From: Nymphaea colorata
Taxonomy: Eukaryota
DNA length: 64,000 nt
NCBI RefSeq assembly: GCF_008831285.2
Contig: NC_045138.2
Coordinates: 27,838,001-27,902,000 of the forward strand
Reading direction: 5' to 3'
Every line of letters begins with the position of its first letter. Positions within the stretch are counted from its first letter, which is position 1. The translations under genes were made by a program, and so were the position numbers. Positions 60,666-64,000 of this stretch are shown in pieces. Below the pieces are notes generated by a model. The model searched no databases. It was given only the letters and a program-made list of their open reading frames with translations, and was not told where the DNA came from.

Positions 60666-63600
60666 TTAGATTTTTCTACTTATTTTTGAGATAAAAACTT
60701 TTTTCTTAAACCACTTTTTCCTGAGACTTAGTCTTTGCTTTTTTTTCTCATCAATCAAAGTTTCACTAAACAATTTTTCTTTTCTCAAGTTTTACTATGC
60801 AAAAGTTTTGCAATCGAACAGCCTCTTATAAAAAGCTGTTAATCACATGAGACTGCCTCTCTAAGATCTCAATGAAGTCTTTAGGTTTAGCAATTAACAG
60901 GAGAATTTGAGACTTGGCTGAGCCTGCTGGTTAATGGAAAAGAAAAGGACATGACGTATATGATTTTACTGAGATCTAAATCAGGAACATTTGATGAATC
61001 ATCTTCTTACGACTTGCTACTCTAAACATTTGCAGGATATATAAGTTTGAACTGCGGGCTTCCAGAAGGATCGACTTCCCTTGATGAAATAGGCTACACT
61101 TTCACTTCAGATCAAGCCTACATCGCGTCCGGGGAAATAAAAGAAGTGGCCACTCAATTCGCAAGCAGTCCAGTAATGTACCATACGTTAAGGTCCTTCC
61201 CCAGTTACAGAAGGAACTGCTACACCTTGACACCGGTGACTCAGGGGAAGAAGTACCTGATTCGAGCTTCTTTCATGTATGGCAACTACGACGGCCAGAA
61301 CCTGCTGCCCACCTTCGACCTCTACCTGGGAGCCGAACAGTGGGACACGGTGAAGCTGGATAACGCAAGTCACATTCTGTGGACTGAGATTATCGCCGCG
61401 GCACAGTCGTCGAACATAAGCGTGTGCCTCGTGAAAACTGCCGGAGTCAATCCTTTCATCTCCGGCCTGGAGCTTCGTCCTGCTGATGACATCTATAATA
61501 ACACCCAATGGCCCAGTTGGCTCAAAACCTACATGAGGATTAATGCTGGTTCAAATGGACCATCCAGGTTTGTTCTCTTTCTGCTAGACTATTTTCATCT
61601 GCTAAACATTTGCTGTTTGCACAGGTAATGAAAAGAGCTGCCCTTCTCACAACTGATGTTTGGGAGAAGTCGCATAAACGCTCCAGTTTTTTGGGAGAAG
61701 TCAACCTTTTCGTGTCGGGCTAGATGAAAAGTTCATGGAGATCGTTGCTGTGATTTTAATTGTTCTGTTCGTGCAGGTTTAAAGGCTGATCGCACATGGA
61801 CGTCAGATTACAGTGGGTATGGATTTGCCGTCAGCACCACTACTAGAATAGAGCGCTCTGGCTTATTCCGGGTACCATCCATGGTCCTCCAAACTGCCGA
61901 GTACTCGAGCAGCGGTATTAATATCCATTGGAAACAAGCAGCAAAGGAAGAGGAATACCTTTGGGTCCTTTATTTTGCAGGGATAGTGCTAAACCGAACA
62001 GATTACCTGACCCTAACTATGAACGGGCAACAACCACCCTTTCCTTTTGAAGTTCCTTACATGCACTCATACTATGTTTACTCAACTAATCTAAAGTTTG
62101 AAGATTATTTGATCACTCTCGCCGGTGCAAATCTTACGAGTGTCCCTATCATCAATGCATTTGAAGTGTACAAGGTATACGAACCCGGGGGTGGGGCAAC
62201 TTATGGCCAAGACGGTGAGTATCTTACTGATTTGATCAACCCCCCGTTTAATCACTGGAATCAATTAAAAAATACGTCAACAAAAAGATAAATCCCCACC
62301 CGAGGAGCTTTGAGTGTTGCTTATCAGATGCACCCTTTGAGGGCATTTGATAATCCTTTGGAACGCATTATTCTGTAATACATTCCAAAAACTGGGCCAC
62401 GTTGATGGAACACCGCGTTCCGAAGATGCAGCAGTACTCCTGTTGCCAAGCGCCCCCTTCGGGGTTAAAAGAAAGACCAACAGAACGAAGAACCACTTCA
62501 ATCTTTGCGCAGCTTGCCCGGCACCGTGCGCTGTTGGAAAAACAAAAAAACAGAAGAAAGTGAAAGATCTCGTGAACCTTGTAGTTTTAGCCTATCGAAA
62601 ACATTGTTTACATGCTGTCTTTACTTCTCTTTCCGTTTTTTCCTTGAAATGGATCTAGACCAACCTATTCGAGCTTAATCACCCTAGCATGAGGCCGCTT
62701 GATCTTGGCTCCACAAACATGATTTGCTTAGACTATTGCTGGAGCTTAACTTGGGCGAGTGAGGCAAGTTGAGTTTGAGCGCAGACCACCCTTTGGTGTA
62801 AGACCGTTCTGTCTAACGAGCAAAGCTACACAGAATTCATTGTGCTGAGCTAAGAAGACATGAACAAACATATTGCAATTTGCAAGTGAGCAGTTACAAA
62901 CATTTTATTGCCAAAATTACCTTCTCAGCTTGATAGGAATTTTATATGCGTGCAGTTGATGCAATCACGGGAATAAGGGATAACTACGAAATCAAGAAAA
63001 ACTGGGCCTCTGATCCTTGTATCCCGGAGCTGTATCCATGGGAAGGCGTCAACTGCAGCTATGGGAATCCGAAATCTCCAACAATCACTGGCTTGTAAGT
63101 TCGATACCTGATCAAGTTAAAACTCTCCTAAACTAATTCATGGTTCTAACAGCTCAAAATTACTATGTAGGGACCTTTCCAAGAATGGATTACAGGGCTC
63201 GATATCTACCCAGTTTGAAGAGTTGAAGTTTATTCAGTCACTGTAAGTGTGCCTGTGCATCATTAAAAAAATCCATCTATGATCGATCAGGTTTACTGAC
63301 TGCGCAGGCCTTTCTGGTGTCTGCGCCTACAGGAACTTGTCAGGGAACCACTTGAAAGGTCAAATACCTGAATTCTTTGCAACAATAAAAAGTCTGCGGA
63401 CGTTGTAAGTATGGTTATTATGGTATTGTGGGCATTCCCTTTTCTTGTTTTTCCTTCACTTCTTTTGAAGAAAACTGATAGTGGGTTGGTAATTTTAGAG
63501 ACCTGTCCGATAATGATTTACATGGACCAATCCCAGGTGCCCTCAAAGCAAGAATTGATGAAGGCTCGCTTTCAGTAAGGTCTGCTTTAAGAATATTATG

Positions 63601-64000
63601 TTTTAGCTCTTTAGTTTTCTAAAATTTTCTCCAGATTGAATCAAATTTCACCATCTATAGGCTGAACAACATTTGCCTGGATAGTTCGTGCGAAGGAACT
63701 GGTCATAAAAGTAATGTCAAGTTGTTGGTTATCGTCATTTGTGTTCCTATAGCCTTCATCCTCGTAATTATAGCGATCATCTGTATTGTCCTTCTCAATA
63801 GAAGGCAACGGCACACTAACATGCCGGAGCAACATCCAACACCAGTAGGTATGATGTCCATGTGCACAACTACGTAGAATGCATTCAATTCCTTTTTGTC
63901 ACTGTTGAATGATCTCCATTTGAAAACAGTTCCGGTTGTGCCACCTTCTCCAATACAAGCACCACAAGTTCCAACTGCGCCTTCTTCTCCAGCACCAGTA

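Larger units (their letters stand above)
58644..64000 (+). pseudogene. Malectin-like LRR-I receptor-like kinase, tandem copy C; frameshifted in exon 3 (probable pseudogene); continues past the window end
   Basis: Exons 58644-58719, 61036-61567, 61777-62214, 62956-63094, 63171-63242, 63333-63404, 63499-63579, 63661-63848, 63930->64000. Exon 3 starts G TTT AAA GGC TGA (stop 61787-61789) because 8 nt (ATGACACG in copy B) are missing. All other visible exons are open with intact splice sites. Confidence 0.8.

Noticed and set aside
62745..62765. TTAACTTGGGCGAG resembles part of 5S rRNA (Cassandra-type element)
   Set aside because: Match is too short, with no remaining 5S sequence or LTR context.

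Overview
Flowering-plant nuclear DNA (spliceosomal GT-AG introns, MITEs, (TA)n/(GA)n microsatellites); the species cannot be determined from the sequence. The window holds one 3-exon R2R3-MYB gene of the RAX/MYB36 (subgroup 14) type (+, 9237-11648) and a cluster of four malectin-like/LRR-I receptor-like kinase genes. One is a diverged 14-exon gene on the minus strand (20380-29462). Head-to-head with it is a tandem array of three plus-strand paralogues: A (34721-42515) and B (45469-53200) are intact, while C (58644 to beyond the window end) has an 8-nt frameshift in exon 3. The intergenic and intronic DNA contains a decayed Ty1/copia RT-RNaseH+LTR remnant, TRIM-like mini-retroelements, a LINE fragment, a possible tRNA-derived SINE and several hAT/Harbinger-type MITEs. 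I found no wholly new multi-gene system. The most unusual signals are: LTR-derived fold-back elements made of two inverted copies of the same LTR end (one with a clean 5-bp TSD); a repeat-built proline-rich cytoplasmic juxtamembrane segment; an apparent compensatory cysteine swap in the LRR C-cap; strongly asymmetric divergence of the two malectin-like exons; and a relic showing the duplicated unit once included the divergent partner gene. All exon boundaries and alignments were read by eye.
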